In this document: positions 31,218 through 41,932 of the stretch, piece by piece
Layout: every line of letters begins with the position of its first letter
Numbering within the stretch: the first letter of the stretch is position 1
Assembly: GCA_002811645.1 (NCBI GenBank)
Contig: PDIP01000067.1
Location: forward strand, 54,550 to 118,549
DNA: 64,000 nt
DNA from: Corallochytrium limacisporum Hawaii
Taxonomy: Eukaryota > Protista > Pluriformea
Direction of reading: 5' to 3'
Program-made: the position numbers and the translations under genes
The notes under the pieces: model-generated
Told to the model about the DNA's origin: nothing
Database searches by the model: none
What the model saw: only the letters and a program-made list of their open reading frames with translations

Positions 31218-34200
31218 GTGTCGCAGTGCGCAAAGCACATTCCAACCAGGCAGGGGGAGGGGGGGGGGCACCTTGGAGCAAAAGAGGGGAAGGGTGGCAA
31301 TGGGGTGGACGGGGCTCCGCCTCTCTTTCGATGGGCCGGGCGGTCCATCTGCCACCCACCGAAGACCATCCGAGACACCCCCGAGCCGACAACGAGGGCA
31401 CGGGAAGGGGGAGGGGGGTGGCACGTTCGGTACCGAATGGGAGCATACACCGGAAGGTACGCGCGGCCTCAGAAAACCTACCTCGTCCGAACGACCTATG
31501 AATTCTACGTACTGTCGCTATACTTTTGGGGCGGTGGTGAGTTTTGGGGACCTATACATTGCCCCAAACCCGAGAGGATTTCGTAATAAACATAGGGCGC
31601 CACAAAGCGCGAGAACAAAAAAGCTGAAAGAGTGATGTTGCAGAGCAAACACGAAAACTGGCGTCCGAAATTTTGGTTGCGGCGCTGTATTATTTGTTCC
31701 AGACCAACCCCCTTCAACAATTTTTTTTTAGTTCTCTTTCCAATTTTTTTATTCCCCTTTTTTCACCTTTCTTGGTCGTCCGCGATAGAATACCGCACTT
31801 CTCTTTGCTGCGTATTCGCGAGGACAAGACAGTGTGTCCCAGTTTCGCTGGCAACCCCCACCCCTGGCTGCTGTCTCCACCGCTCTCTTGCCCCAGTGCG
31901 ACCGACCATACGTGGTGGTACCGTTTCTCCGTGTGTGCTCCACGCGCTTCAATTGGGTCCCCTCCCTGGCCCCCCACCCCCAGCAGGGAAGGAAAAGAAG
32001 AGAGGGGGGAAGGGAGAGACGGGAGGGTGGGGGAGGGCCGTTCATTTGAAAAACTGCGACAAAACAAGGGAAAATAAAAGAAAAAGGACCGAAAAAAACG
32101 GCCCGCGCGGGAAGAGAGAGCGGTGAAAAAAGAGTGTGTGTGGGGTGCGGTGGTGGTGCGGTGCCTGCGGTGCGGTGCGTTGGCACTGGCAAACCCCCTC
32201 CCCAGCGGGCGGGTTTTCGGGCATGAGCAGCAGAGGGTGCAGAAACGAACGGCCATGGTTCCCGTGCGCCTTTGGGTCCCCGGAATGTTGGAGGCCACAC
32301 CTCACCTTTGCTCAATCTCAACAGCCGGTATATTCACTACTGCCGGAGGATGACATGACTGCGCAGCGGTTTGAAGAGAGCGACGACGGTGACAGAACAA
32401 CCACCGCTCCCGGCGCGACCCCAAGGCAGACGGGGCAGTAGAGCTACAAGGAAAGGAACGAACGGTAGCAACTGGACCGGCCGACAAACGCCACGGTGCA
32501 AAACCAAAAGGGAAACACGCACACACACACACGCGGCCAACACCACCGCAACTCTCTCGCTCTCTCAGCTCTTTTGGACCACGCCATGCCGGTTCGCCTT
32601 GTGGAGGGAGGCAACGGGGGGACTTGACTGCGGCAGTGTTGGGACTATAGCCGTGAAAGAGCGTAAATAAAGGGGAAAATGGGGAGGGGAACGGTATAGT
32701 AATTGTGGGAGAGAGAGAGAGAAGGGGGGGGAGTGAAGGCAGGTGGAGGGGGGGGGGTTGTTGGGAGAGGGCAGGATTTGCAAAAGGCATAACAAATCAA
32801 GGCCGTATGGAAACAAGAACTGGTTCCAAAGTTTTGGAACAGAAAACCCGGCAACACAGGCCCCCCCCCCGCCGGGGGGGGAGGCCTTTCCGTGGGGAGG
32901 TGGGTAGTAGGGCCAGTCGGGGGCTGTGTTGTTGGAGAGGGCGTGTTTGAATCTTGCTGACCTCCCTCCTCCTCCCCCCCCTCCGTCTTCCCTTGGTCAC
33001 CGTTCTCTCCTCCCTTCTTCGCCATACAAACAGAAGCAGTCCTAGAAGAAGAAATCGCCAATGCTTCTTCTTCTCCCATCTCTCACTCTCTCTCTCTTTC
33101 TCTCTTTCTCTGGGTTGTTCGCTCCCGGTTCGGTTGCTTGGCCCACGGGCCCATACTCCCCCGTGCACGGCGGATAGTGACAGGGGGGTCCGGGTCACCG
33201 CAGCAAAATTCCACCCCCGTGCGTGTGTGTTGTGTTTTACGCTTTTGTTTCTTTTTTTTTGGTTTCCTTTGCCATCAAAACATTCCGGGGCAGCAGGCAG
33301 GGAGGGTCGGTGGAGGGGGGGTGGGTGTTTGGCACTGTAAAATTTTGCGGAAGAAGAAAAAAATAATGGACCGGGTCGGTGGTGGTCGTCGGCCCGTCCC
33401 TTCCTTAGTGAGTGCATGTGCTTGCGTTGCCCTGCTCAGTCTCACTCTCTCTCTCTCTCTCTCTACCACCGTACCTCTCTCTCTTTTGGCTGTCGTGTGT
33501 TTCAGTGGTAGTGCACCAAGCGAACTTTGGTTGAGTGTGCGTGGCCCGCTCGTCTTTTTTTTTTCATTTCTTTTTTGGTTGGGTTGGGAGAGACAGGCCA
33601 ACAACAACAATAACACCGCCCCTACCTTTCTTTCTTTCTTTTTTTTTTATTCTTTCTTTCCTTTGTGGTGTGTCGGGTCTCAAAGGGGAACCCCCCTCTC
33701 TCCCCCCCGTCAACCCCCCCCCCTCCTCCCGCCCCTCCCCNNNNNNNNNNNNNNNNNNNNNNNNNNNNNNNNNNNNNNNNNNNNNNNNNNNNNNNNNNNN
33801 NNNNNNNNNNNNNNNNNNNNNNNNNNNNNNNNNNNNNNNNNNNNNNNNNNNNNNNNNNNNNNNNNNNNNNNNNNNNNNNNNNNNNNNNNNNNNNNNNNNN
33901 NNNNNNNNNNNNNNNNNNNNNNNNNNNNNNNNNNNNNNNNNNNNNNNNNNNNNNNNNNNNNNNNNNNNNNNNNNNGTTGCCTTCCCCGGTGTTGTACTTT
34001 GCGATATCGTGGCCCCCCCCCCCCACCACCATCCCCGCCACAAGAATTTCTTTCTTGGCCCTGACGGTATCTGGTCGAATCGCACGGGAAAACGAGGATC
34101 GCACGGTGCTATACTAAATCTATAGCCAATGAGAGCAGAGTCTGGGTCGTGTAGTGTACCGGAAGAGGGCGGGCCGTTGTGTCCAGGGATAAGGGGAGGT

Positions 34201-34650
34201 AGGATCTCGGTGGTGCTGTGGTTAGGGTCCGAGTGTTGATACCATGTTTTGTTAGTTGCTTCCTACTGGTGCTGCTGCAGACTTCTTGTGGACCAGTAAA
34301 GGCAGGAGAAACAGCAGCGCAAGCCGCATTCCGCGTGACCGGGCCCTTCTGCTTGGCTGCAAAGGTAGAAAGGAAGTGCACACCGACATCATGGTGAGTC
34401 AGACGCATTGTAGACTGCCGAGCACCTTTTTCTGGTAGTTGTTTCTCTGTCCGCCGCGGGGAAACTGCCTTAGCTCTGTAACCCACTCAAAAGAAAGAGA
34501 ACTAAGTCCAAGGTCTTTTTTGCGTCTGTTTTTGGTTTGTTGCTTCGCATCACCCTTCAAACCATTTCCTGTTCAGATTCAGAAACCCTTTCCATACCCT
34601 AGAGAATTCGGTATATTTTGTGAAACCTACTTTTTAAATCATCCACAACA

Positions 34651-37600
34651 ATGTCTGCCAAGCCTATCTATGAGGTCGACGCCAAGGCCATGCTGGTTGC
34701 TTACTTGCACGGCTATGGTGGTACCGACTATGCTCTGAACCGCAGCGCTCGCATCACCCCTGACACCGACTGGGACAAGGTTGTCGCGGACCACCCATGG
34801 CTCAAGACCGAGAAGCTTGTTGCCAAGCCCGATCAGCTCATCAAGCGCCGCGGTAAGCTTGGCCTGATTGCCATCAACGTCGACTACGAAGAGGCCAAGG
34901 CGTGGATCCAGGAGCGTATGATGAAGACCATCAACATTGGCCGCGCTTCCGGTACCCTCCACAACTTTGTCATCGAGCCGCTGATTAAGCACGAGCAGAA
35001 GGAAGAGTTCTACCTGTCCTTCTACTCCACCCGCACCGGTGACAACATTCTGTTCTACCATGAGGGTGGTATTGATGTCGGTGATGTCGATGCCAAGGCC
35101 GAGGTTCTGCCCGCAGTGGTGGGTGAGGCGCCAACCGACGAGCAGTTGAGGGCGCTGGTCTCCAAGGCCGATCCCGCTGCCCAAGATGCCCTAGTCCGCT
35201 TCATTGGTGCTCTTTACAAACTGTACGCTGAGCTGCACTACACCTACCTCGAGATCAATCCCCTGGTCTACACCGGTGGCAAGATTCACGTTCTCGACGT
35301 CGCGGCCAAGATTGATCAGACCGCTGACTTTGAGGTTGGTGACAAGTGGGGACAGATCTCCTTCCCCCCTCCTTTCGGTCGGGATGCTACTCCAGAGGAG
35401 GCCTACATTGCCGAACTGGATGCCAAGTCGGGTGCTAGTCTCAAGCTCACGGTGCTGAATCCCAAGGGCCGCATCTGGACCATGGTTGCCGGTGGTGGTG
35501 CCTCCGTCATTTATGCTGATACCATCGTTGAGCTCGGCGGTGCCGATGATCTCGCCAACTATGGTGAATACTCTGGTGCGCCCAGTGAGAGCCAGACCTT
35601 TGAGTACGCCAAGACAATTCTGGACCTTATGACTCGGGAGAAGGATGAGCGGGGTAAGATTTTGATCGTCGGTGGTGGTATTGCCAACTTCACAAATGTC
35701 GCTGCTACTTTCAAGGGTATCGTCCGTGCGCTTCAGGAGTACAAGCGTCTGCTCGTTGAGCACGGAGTCTCCATTTACGTTCGTCGTGCCGGTCCCAACT
35801 ACCAGGAAGGTCTCCGCATCATGCGCGAACTCGGTGGCAACCTGGGAGTCCCGATTCAGGTCTACGGTCCTGAGACCCACATGACTGCCATTGTCGCGTA
35901 CGCCCTTGGAAAGAAGCAGCCCCAGAGTGCTGAGTTCCTGACCGACGGTGCCGACAAGTGGGCCGCCAAGCGCAAGAGTTCCGGCTTCAACATGGGAGAG
36001 CCTGCCGGCACTGCCATTGGCAATGCTGTCGAACCCCAGCAGAATGAGTTCCGCGACCATGGCCGTGCCGTTCTGGAGCCTGAGGATACTACCGGCGACA
36101 AGAAGCCTCTGTTCACCAACGAGACCCGGGCCATTGTTTTCGGTATGCAGCCCCGTGCCGTCCAGGGTATGCTTGACTTTGACCACATGTGCAAGCGCTC
36201 CAAGCCCTCTGTTGCCGCCATGGTGTACCCCTTCAGTGGTAACCACATGCAGAAATTCTACTGGGGTTCTAAGGAGATCATGGTGCCCGTGTTCAAGTCC
36301 ATGGCTGAGGCCCTGAAGAAGTTCCCTGAGGTCGACACCATGATCAACTTTGCCTCCTTCCGTTCCGCCACCGAGGCCACCATGGAGGGTCTGCAGTTCC
36401 CGCAGCTGCGCTCCATTGCAATCATTGCTGAGGGTATCCCCGAGAACAAGACTAAGATGATGATCAAGGAAGCTGAACGCAAGGGTGTGTTCATCATTGG
36501 TCCCGCCACGGTCGGTGGTCTGAAGCCCGGTTGCTTCAAGATCGGTAACACCGGAGGTATGCTTGACAACATCATCGAGTCCAAGCTGTACCGCCCCGGA
36601 AATGTTGCCTATGTGTCCCGTTCCGGAGGTATGTCAAACGAGTTGAACAACATCATCTCCCGCACTACCAATGGTGTGTACGAGGGTGTCGCCATCGGTG
36701 GTGACCGCTACCCGGGCTCTTCCTTCATTGATCACATTATGCGCTACAATGACAACCCCAACATTAAGATGATTGTCCTCCTGGGTGAGGTTGGTGGAAC
36801 CGAGGAGTACAAGATTGTTGAGAAGCTGAAAGACGGAACTATCAAGAAGCCTCTGGTCGCCTGGTGCATTGGTACCTGCTCAACTGCCTTCACTTCTGAT
36901 GTGCAGTTCGGACACGCCGGCTCCATGGCCAACGCCGCCGCTGAGACCTCTGTGGAGAAGAACCGCTCCCTTGCCGAGGCCGGTGCCGTCGTGCCCCCCA
37001 ACTTCGATGAGCTTGACCGCGTCATCAACGAGACCTACGAGAAGCTGTACGAGGCCGGAACCATTAAGGAGCAGGAGGACATGGAGCCCCCGAAGGTGCC
37101 CATTGACTACTCCTGGGCTCAGGAGCTCGGTCTCATCCGTAAGCCTGCCGCTTTTGTCACCACCATCACTGACGAGCGTGGTGAGGAGCTGCTGTACGCC
37201 GGTATGCCCATTTCTGCCGTGTTCAAGGAGGACATCGGTATCGGTGGTGTACTATCCCTGCTGTGGTTCAAGCGCCGTCTGCCCGCCTACGCGTGCAAGT
37301 TCATCGAAATGACCCTCATGGTCACTGCCGATCACGGTCCCGCCGTGTCTGGTGCCCACAACACCATTGTCGCCAGCCGTGCCGGTAAGGATCTGATCTC
37401 CTCTCTGTGCTCCGGTCTGCTGACCATTGGTGACCGCTTTGGTGGTGCCCTTGATGGCGCTGCCCAGCAGTTCAGCACAGCCTACGACGCTGGCATGAGC
37501 CCCCAACAGTTCGTCAACACTATGCGCAAGCAGCACAAGCTCATCATGGGTATCGGACACAAGGTCAAATCCATTAACAACCCTGACATGCGTGTGGAGA

Positions 37601-37950
37601 TTATGCGCAACTACGTCAAGCGGACATTCCCGGCCTGCCCCTTGTTGGACTTTGCCTCTGAGGTTGAGAAGATCACCACTGCCAAGAAGCCCAACCTGAT
37701 TCTCAATGTCGATGGTGTGATCGGTATTGCTTTCGTAGATCTGCTCTTCAACTGTGGTGCCTTCAACCCTGAGGAGGCCCAAGAGTACATCAACATGGGT
37801 ACCTTGAACGGTCTCTTTGTACTGGGTCGCACCATGGGTTTCATTGGTCACTTCTTGGATCAGAAGCGTCTGAAGCAGGGTCTGTACCGTCACCCATGGG
37901 ACGACATTGCCTACTCTCTGCCGGAGTACGGCAACGTGGAACAGGCCTAA
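34651..37950 (+). CDS. ACLY: ATP-citrate synthase (ATP-citrate lyase), single-chain fused form
   Basis: 1099 aa; [27 protein letters not shown] (catalytic His), [22 protein letters not shown]; strong C-ending codon bias. Confidence 0.98.
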   Translation: MSAKPIYEVDAKAMLVAYLHGYGGTDYALNRSARITPDTDWDKVVADHPWLKTEKLVAKPDQLIKRRGKLGLIAINVDYEEAKAWIQERMMKTINIGRASGTLHNFVIEPLIKHEQKEEFYLSFYSTRTGDNILFYHEGGIDVGDVDAKAEVLPAVVGEAPTDEQLRALVSKADPAAQDALVRFIGALYKLYAELHYTYLEINPLVYTGGKIHVLDVAAKIDQTADFEVGDKWGQISFPPPFGRDATPEEAYIAELDAKSGASLKLTVLNPKGRIWTMVAGGGASVIYADTIVELGGADDLANYGEYSGAPSESQTFEYAKTILDLMTREKDERGKILIVGGGIANFTNVAATFKGIVRALQEYKRLLVEHGVSIYVRRAGPNYQEGLRIMRELGGNLGVPIQVYGPETHMTAIVAYALGKKQPQSAEFLTDGADKWAAKRKSSGFNMGEPAGTAIGNAVEPQQNEFRDHGRAVLEPEDTTGDKKPLFTNETRAIVFGMQPRAVQGMLDFDHMCKRSKPSVAAMVYPFSGNHMQKFYWGSKEIMVPVFKSMAEALKKFPEVDTMINFASFRSATEATMEGLQFPQLRSIAIIAEGIPENKTKMMIKEAERKGVFIIGPATVGGLKPGCFKIGNTGGMLDNIIESKLYRPGNVAYVSRSGGMSNELNNIISRTTNGVYEGVAIGGDRYPGSSFIDHIMRYNDNPNIKMIVLLGEVGGTEEYKIVEKLKDGTIKKPLVAWCIGTCSTAFTSDVQFGHAGSMANAAAETSVEKNRSLAEAGAVVPPNFDELDRVINETYEKLYEAGTIKEQEDMEPPKVPIDYSWAQELGLIRKPAAFVTTITDERGEELLYAGMPISAVFKEDIGIGGVLSLLWFKRRLPAYACKFIEMTLMVTADHGPAVSGAHNTIVASRAGKDLISSLCSGLLTIGDRFGGALDGAAQQFSTAYDAGMSPQQFVNTMRKQHKLIMGIGHKVKSINNPDMRVEIMRNYVKRTFPACPLLDFASEVEKITTAKKPNLILNVDGVIGIAFVDLLFNCGAFNPEEAQEYINMGTLNGLFVLGRTMGFIGHFLDQKRLKQGLYRHPWDDIAYSLPEYGNVEQA

Positions 37951-39131
37951 ATCTACATGTTCATTAGGGCCACGGTGCGGGAAGCGATGTGACTTACGAT
38001 TGAGTTCACAACCCGGGACCATTGCTTCGAAACTGTTTTAACTTTTTGCATGCATGAAAGAATTCAAACAAAACACAAACGCCAACATAACTTAAGCTCA
38101 GACCGGAAAAGGAGGCCTGGGAGCCGGCAGAGTGGCAAATGTGGGCAGAACGCACGGGAACAATCAGCCAGTAAAGGGATGACCATGATGCTTTTGGAGA
38201 GGATTTGGTGATGCTGTCCTCTTTATAAAGAGTGCTTGTTCATGCTCCTGTCTTGGATTGTCCCCCAGGTTGCACTCTTGCACGTCTTTCAAACTCTTTG
38301 CCCAACGACTTTTCCATTTTTTCCAAATACAAGCTTTTAACATTCAATACTAGCTGTCACTTTGTTCTTTGATTTCCTTTGAGGATACCAGGATCATATC
38401 ATGCTGCTCCTCTGCCCTGCGCTTCCACTCTGATCGCGGGTAAGAGCTGAGGTTAGCCTAGCCTGACCGCCACCCCGGTGGTGGACCGACACCGGGCGGG
38501 GCGAACGGAACGGGCTCAGTCCCCCCTTTTCATGACCCAAGGTGCGAAAGGGCCGGAGGGTTTAAAAATATCCACAGTATATTCGCCATAGAAAAGGCCC
38601 CATCGACCCAGAACAATTTGCCCAGAGATCTCTCCCCCCCTCCCTCCGCGGGGCCCGGATGTGAAGGTTGGGGCGGTTGTGTGCGGGGTTTGCCTTAGTT
38701 TTTGTTGGCTCGGGGGCGGGGTTGGAAGGGAGAGAGTCGGCCATCCCCGCCAACTGCGGCGGTGTGAGTGCAACAAAACAAAAAAAAAAAAGCGGAAGTA
38801 AAAAGAAAAACTCCCCGCCGACAAACGGTGCCGCCAAAAACCTTGGCTCTCCGACGGATGGATGATGAGGCAGGAAGAGTCCGAACGTGCACGCACCGGC
38901 ACACTGACACAAAAACCTCACTCTCACTCCGTCACAACAATCACACACAAGCCAGCCCGCCCCTCCCNNNNNNNNNNNNNNNNNNNNNNNNNNNNNNNNN
39001 NNNNNNNNNNNNNNNNNNNNNNNNNNNNNNNNNNNNNNNNNNNNNNNNNNNNNNNNNNNNNNNNNNNNNNNNNNNNNNNNNNNNNNNNNNNNNNNNNNNN
39101 NNNNNNNNNNNNNNNNNNNNNNNNNNNNNNN

Positions 39132-39219
39132 CTTCATTCTTAATTTCCCAGCTGCCCGGTTACAACCACTCTTCAGACAAATGGAACCATCTTTGCTCCA
39201 GAACCCGCCCTTTCCCCCC
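39132..39219 (+). repeat. 88-bp dispersed repeat, copy A (identical to 52629-52716)
   Basis: CTTCATTCTTAATTTCCCAGCTGCCCGG...GAACCCGCCCTTTCCCCCC; begins exactly at a gap edge. Confidence 0.9.
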
Positions 39220-39558
39220 CCCCCCCCCCCCCTTTGCCCCCTTGGTGCGAGCTAGAAACTAATTGTCGAAGTTCCCCTCCATCAGTGCTGACAAAAGCCA
39301 CAACAAGAACGCGCGGATGCGATCTTGGAGAGCGCTCTGTTGGTAGTGTTGTTGCGCAGCTTCGATCACCGCAAATTTTCGGTGTCAGATGGTCCTCTCG
39401 GATCGGTTTATAGGTGTTATCGCCGACGACCACGACGACAATGATGATGGTTGACCTGGAAAGTCCACCGTGAGAAATCGGATCAGGGGTATAAGAGCAA
39501 ATGACTTGACCAACAGTGATGGTACATTACTCGTTCACCACAACCGCCACAGTAGATA

Positions 39559-41370
39559 ATGTTGCGTATTGGAACCCCTAACCTTCGGTTCATTACACAA
39601 CTCCTGCGCTCGGCAGCAACAACACCACCCGCAAGGAGTTATCACATCATCACAGGACAGACTCAGTGTAGTTCTTCCTCATTCTTGAATACTGCCAGCA
39701 ACAGTAAGAGAACTATTATTGCCCGCAACCTCAGCATCAGAACCATGTCAACCATCAGCGCTAAAGTAGCTAAGGTTGGTGATCTGGCCCCCAACACCAT
39801 GAAGGAGGTCGAGGTCGGCGACTACAAGGCCCTCCTGATTAACGACAACGGCGAGTATCGCGCTCTTGGTCACAAATGCTCTCATTACGGTGCACCCCTG
39901 GCCAAAGGTGTGCTCAGTGCAGGCCGTGTGCGCTGTCCCTGGCACGGTGCCTGCTTCAGCGCCAAAACCGGCGACATTGAAGACTTCCCCGGTAACGAAT
40001 GTGTGGAGAAGTTTGCGGTCAAAGTCGAGGGCGACGACGTTGTGGTCAGCGGTGAGAAGGCTTCATTCGAGCGGGCACTACGCACTGCGGTCCACGCTGC
40101 CGGCGACGGGTCTGATGAGCGTGCTTTCGTCATTGTCGGAGGCGGGCCAGGTGGCTGCATTGCGGCCGAAACACTGCGCAAGGGAGGCTTCCAAGGCAAG
40201 GTGATCATGCTCACGCAGGAGGCTAACCTGCCGTATGACCGAGTCAAGCTGAGCAAGGCTATGAACATTGACGTCGAGAAGATCACACTGCGGGACCAGA
40301 CCTTCTGGGACGAGATTGGCGTGGAAGTGCGCACGGGTGCGGAGGTCACAGAGCTTGATCCTGCTTCCAAGACCATCAAGCTTGCGGACGGCTCTAGTTT
40401 AACCTACGACGGCTGTCTAGTTGCAACTGGAGGCAAGCCTCGCGTACTGCCCATCGGCGGCACCGATGGGTGCTCTGTCTATACCCTGCGCAGCCCGGCG
40501 GATGCCTCTAAACTGTGGGCTGAAGCTGAGGGTAAGAAAGTCGCCATCCTTGGTGCCAGTTTCATTGGCATGGAGAGCGCGTCTGCCCTTCACAAACATG
40601 CTGCAGAGGTGCACGTGATTGGACTGGAGAAAACACCTTTTGAGAACATTCTGGGCCAGACAGTGGGCGCTAGCATCCAGAAGCTGCATGAGGAAAACGG
40701 TATCAAATTCCACTTGTCCAAGGCTGTGGATGTGATCCACCGGACAGACGGCAAGATTTGTAGTGTAAAGCTAAAGGATGGGTCTGAGGTGCCGGCCGAT
40801 GTTGTTCTCATGGGGGTCGGTGTCGTGCCGAACACGGGCTTTGTGAAGGCCACTGGTGGTGTGGAGATTGGCAAGGACGGTGGCATTACTGTAAGCGCCG
40901 GCATGAAGGCTGCTGACGGTCTGTGGTGTTCTGGTGATATTGCGCGCTACCCATTCCATCTTGAGAACGGTGCTCCTGTCCGAATTGAGCACTTCCAGAT
41001 CGCCGAGAAGAGCGCCTCCATTGCGGCCAAGGATTTCCTCGGCAAGGAGGGCGCCGTTATGCAGAGCGTACCTTACTTCTGGACTGTCCAGTATGGCAAA
41101 TCATTCCGGTACACAGGCCACGGTGTCGGTTTCGATGACATTGTCTACGAAGGTTCCGTCGAGGAGGGCAAATGGGCTGCGTTCTACGCCAAGCAGGGCA
41201 AGATCATTGCCGTTGCGTCCCTGGGATACGATCCCATGGTCAGCCGCTGTGCTGAACTGTTTGGTTTGGGACTGATGCCCACTGCTGAGGCTGTGAAGGC
41301 TGGAGGCGTCGACTGGGCTGCTCTTGACAAACAGATTGCTGCTGCGGGAAAGGTAAGCAGCAGTCTTTGA
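39559..41370 (+). CDS. AIFM3: Rieske [2Fe-2S] plus FAD/NADH oxidoreductase (AIFM3-like)
   Basis: CSHYGAPL and CPWHGACF Rieske ligands; VIVGGGPGG, LPYDRVKLSK, GASFIGME, RIEH, VPYFWT; N-terminal presequence. Confidence 0.9.
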   Translation: MLRIGTPNLRFITQLLRSAATTPPARSYHIITGQTQCSSSSFLNTASNSKRTIIARNLSIRTMSTISAKVAKVGDLAPNTMKEVEVGDYKALLINDNGEYRALGHKCSHYGAPLAKGVLSAGRVRCPWHGACFSAKTGDIEDFPGNECVEKFAVKVEGDDVVVSGEKASFERALRTAVHAAGDGSDERAFVIVGGGPGGCIAAETLRKGGFQGKVIMLTQEANLPYDRVKLSKAMNIDVEKITLRDQTFWDEIGVEVRTGAEVTELDPASKTIKLADGSSLTYDGCLVATGGKPRVLPIGGTDGCSVYTLRSPADASKLWAEAEGKKVAILGASFIGMESASALHKHAAEVHVIGLEKTPFENILGQTVGASIQKLHEENGIKFHLSKAVDVIHRTDGKICSVKLKDGSEVPADVVLMGVGVVPNTGFVKATGGVEIGKDGGITVSAGMKAADGLWCSGDIARYPFHLENGAPVRIEHFQIAEKSASIAAKDFLGKEGAVMQSVPYFWTVQYGKSFRYTGHGVGFDDIVYEGSVEEGKWAAFYAKQGKIIAVASLGYDPMVSRCAELFGLGLMPTAEAVKAGGVDWAALDKQIAAAGKVSSSL

Positions 41371-41932
41371 GATTGCAATCTTGTCATGGGCTTTGACAGA
41401 CCATAGCTATCATCATCAACAATCCAAGTCGCCCAACTTTTTGCGATCCACTGTGCTGAGTTGTATTCTGCTCACGATTGGCACCTATGTATCGAACACA
41501 CGTATGGAATTATAAACAAAACTTTGGCGTTTCAAAGTACAACCTCTCTCGACTGTCTGTAAGTAAATCGCTGCACAAACCGGGCCCATCCCAAGCTTCG
41601 TGTTGCGAGTTAACAGCCAACCAAAACTGCGCTCGCACCGCCCGCCGACGTTCAGGCTGGCCTCCCGGTGAGGGGGCCCTCCCCAGTCCCAACCCCCCTA
41701 TCGTGCGTGCGTGCGCTCTTCCAAAGTTGAGCCAACGGAGGCTTTCGGGGAGGGTCGCCTGTCAGTTCGCTGGGCCGTCGTCTTGCGGGCCAACAAGGAG
41801 GGCCATGTCAGATGATTGAATTGCGTATGCATTGTATCTTTAACAAACTACCATCTTTTGAGATTAGAGAATTGTTTTCTTTATTGTCATGCAGTACTTG
41901 AATTGACTATTTGGGTACGTAGGATTACGACG

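Noticed and set aside
31000-34125. Many 100-300 aa ORFs in the low-complexity region and across N gaps
   Set aside because: Products of stop-poor simple repeats and Ns.
35191-38022. Long antisense ORFs (351 aa, 256 aa) opposite ACLY, and similar shadow ORFs opposite CKAP5 and other genes
   Set aside because: Explained by strong codon bias on the sense strand; no recognisable motifs.
39458-39470. GGAAAGTCC resembling the RNase P/MRP P4 strand
   Set aside because: No complementary 3' conserved region before the AIFM3 start about 90 bp downstream.
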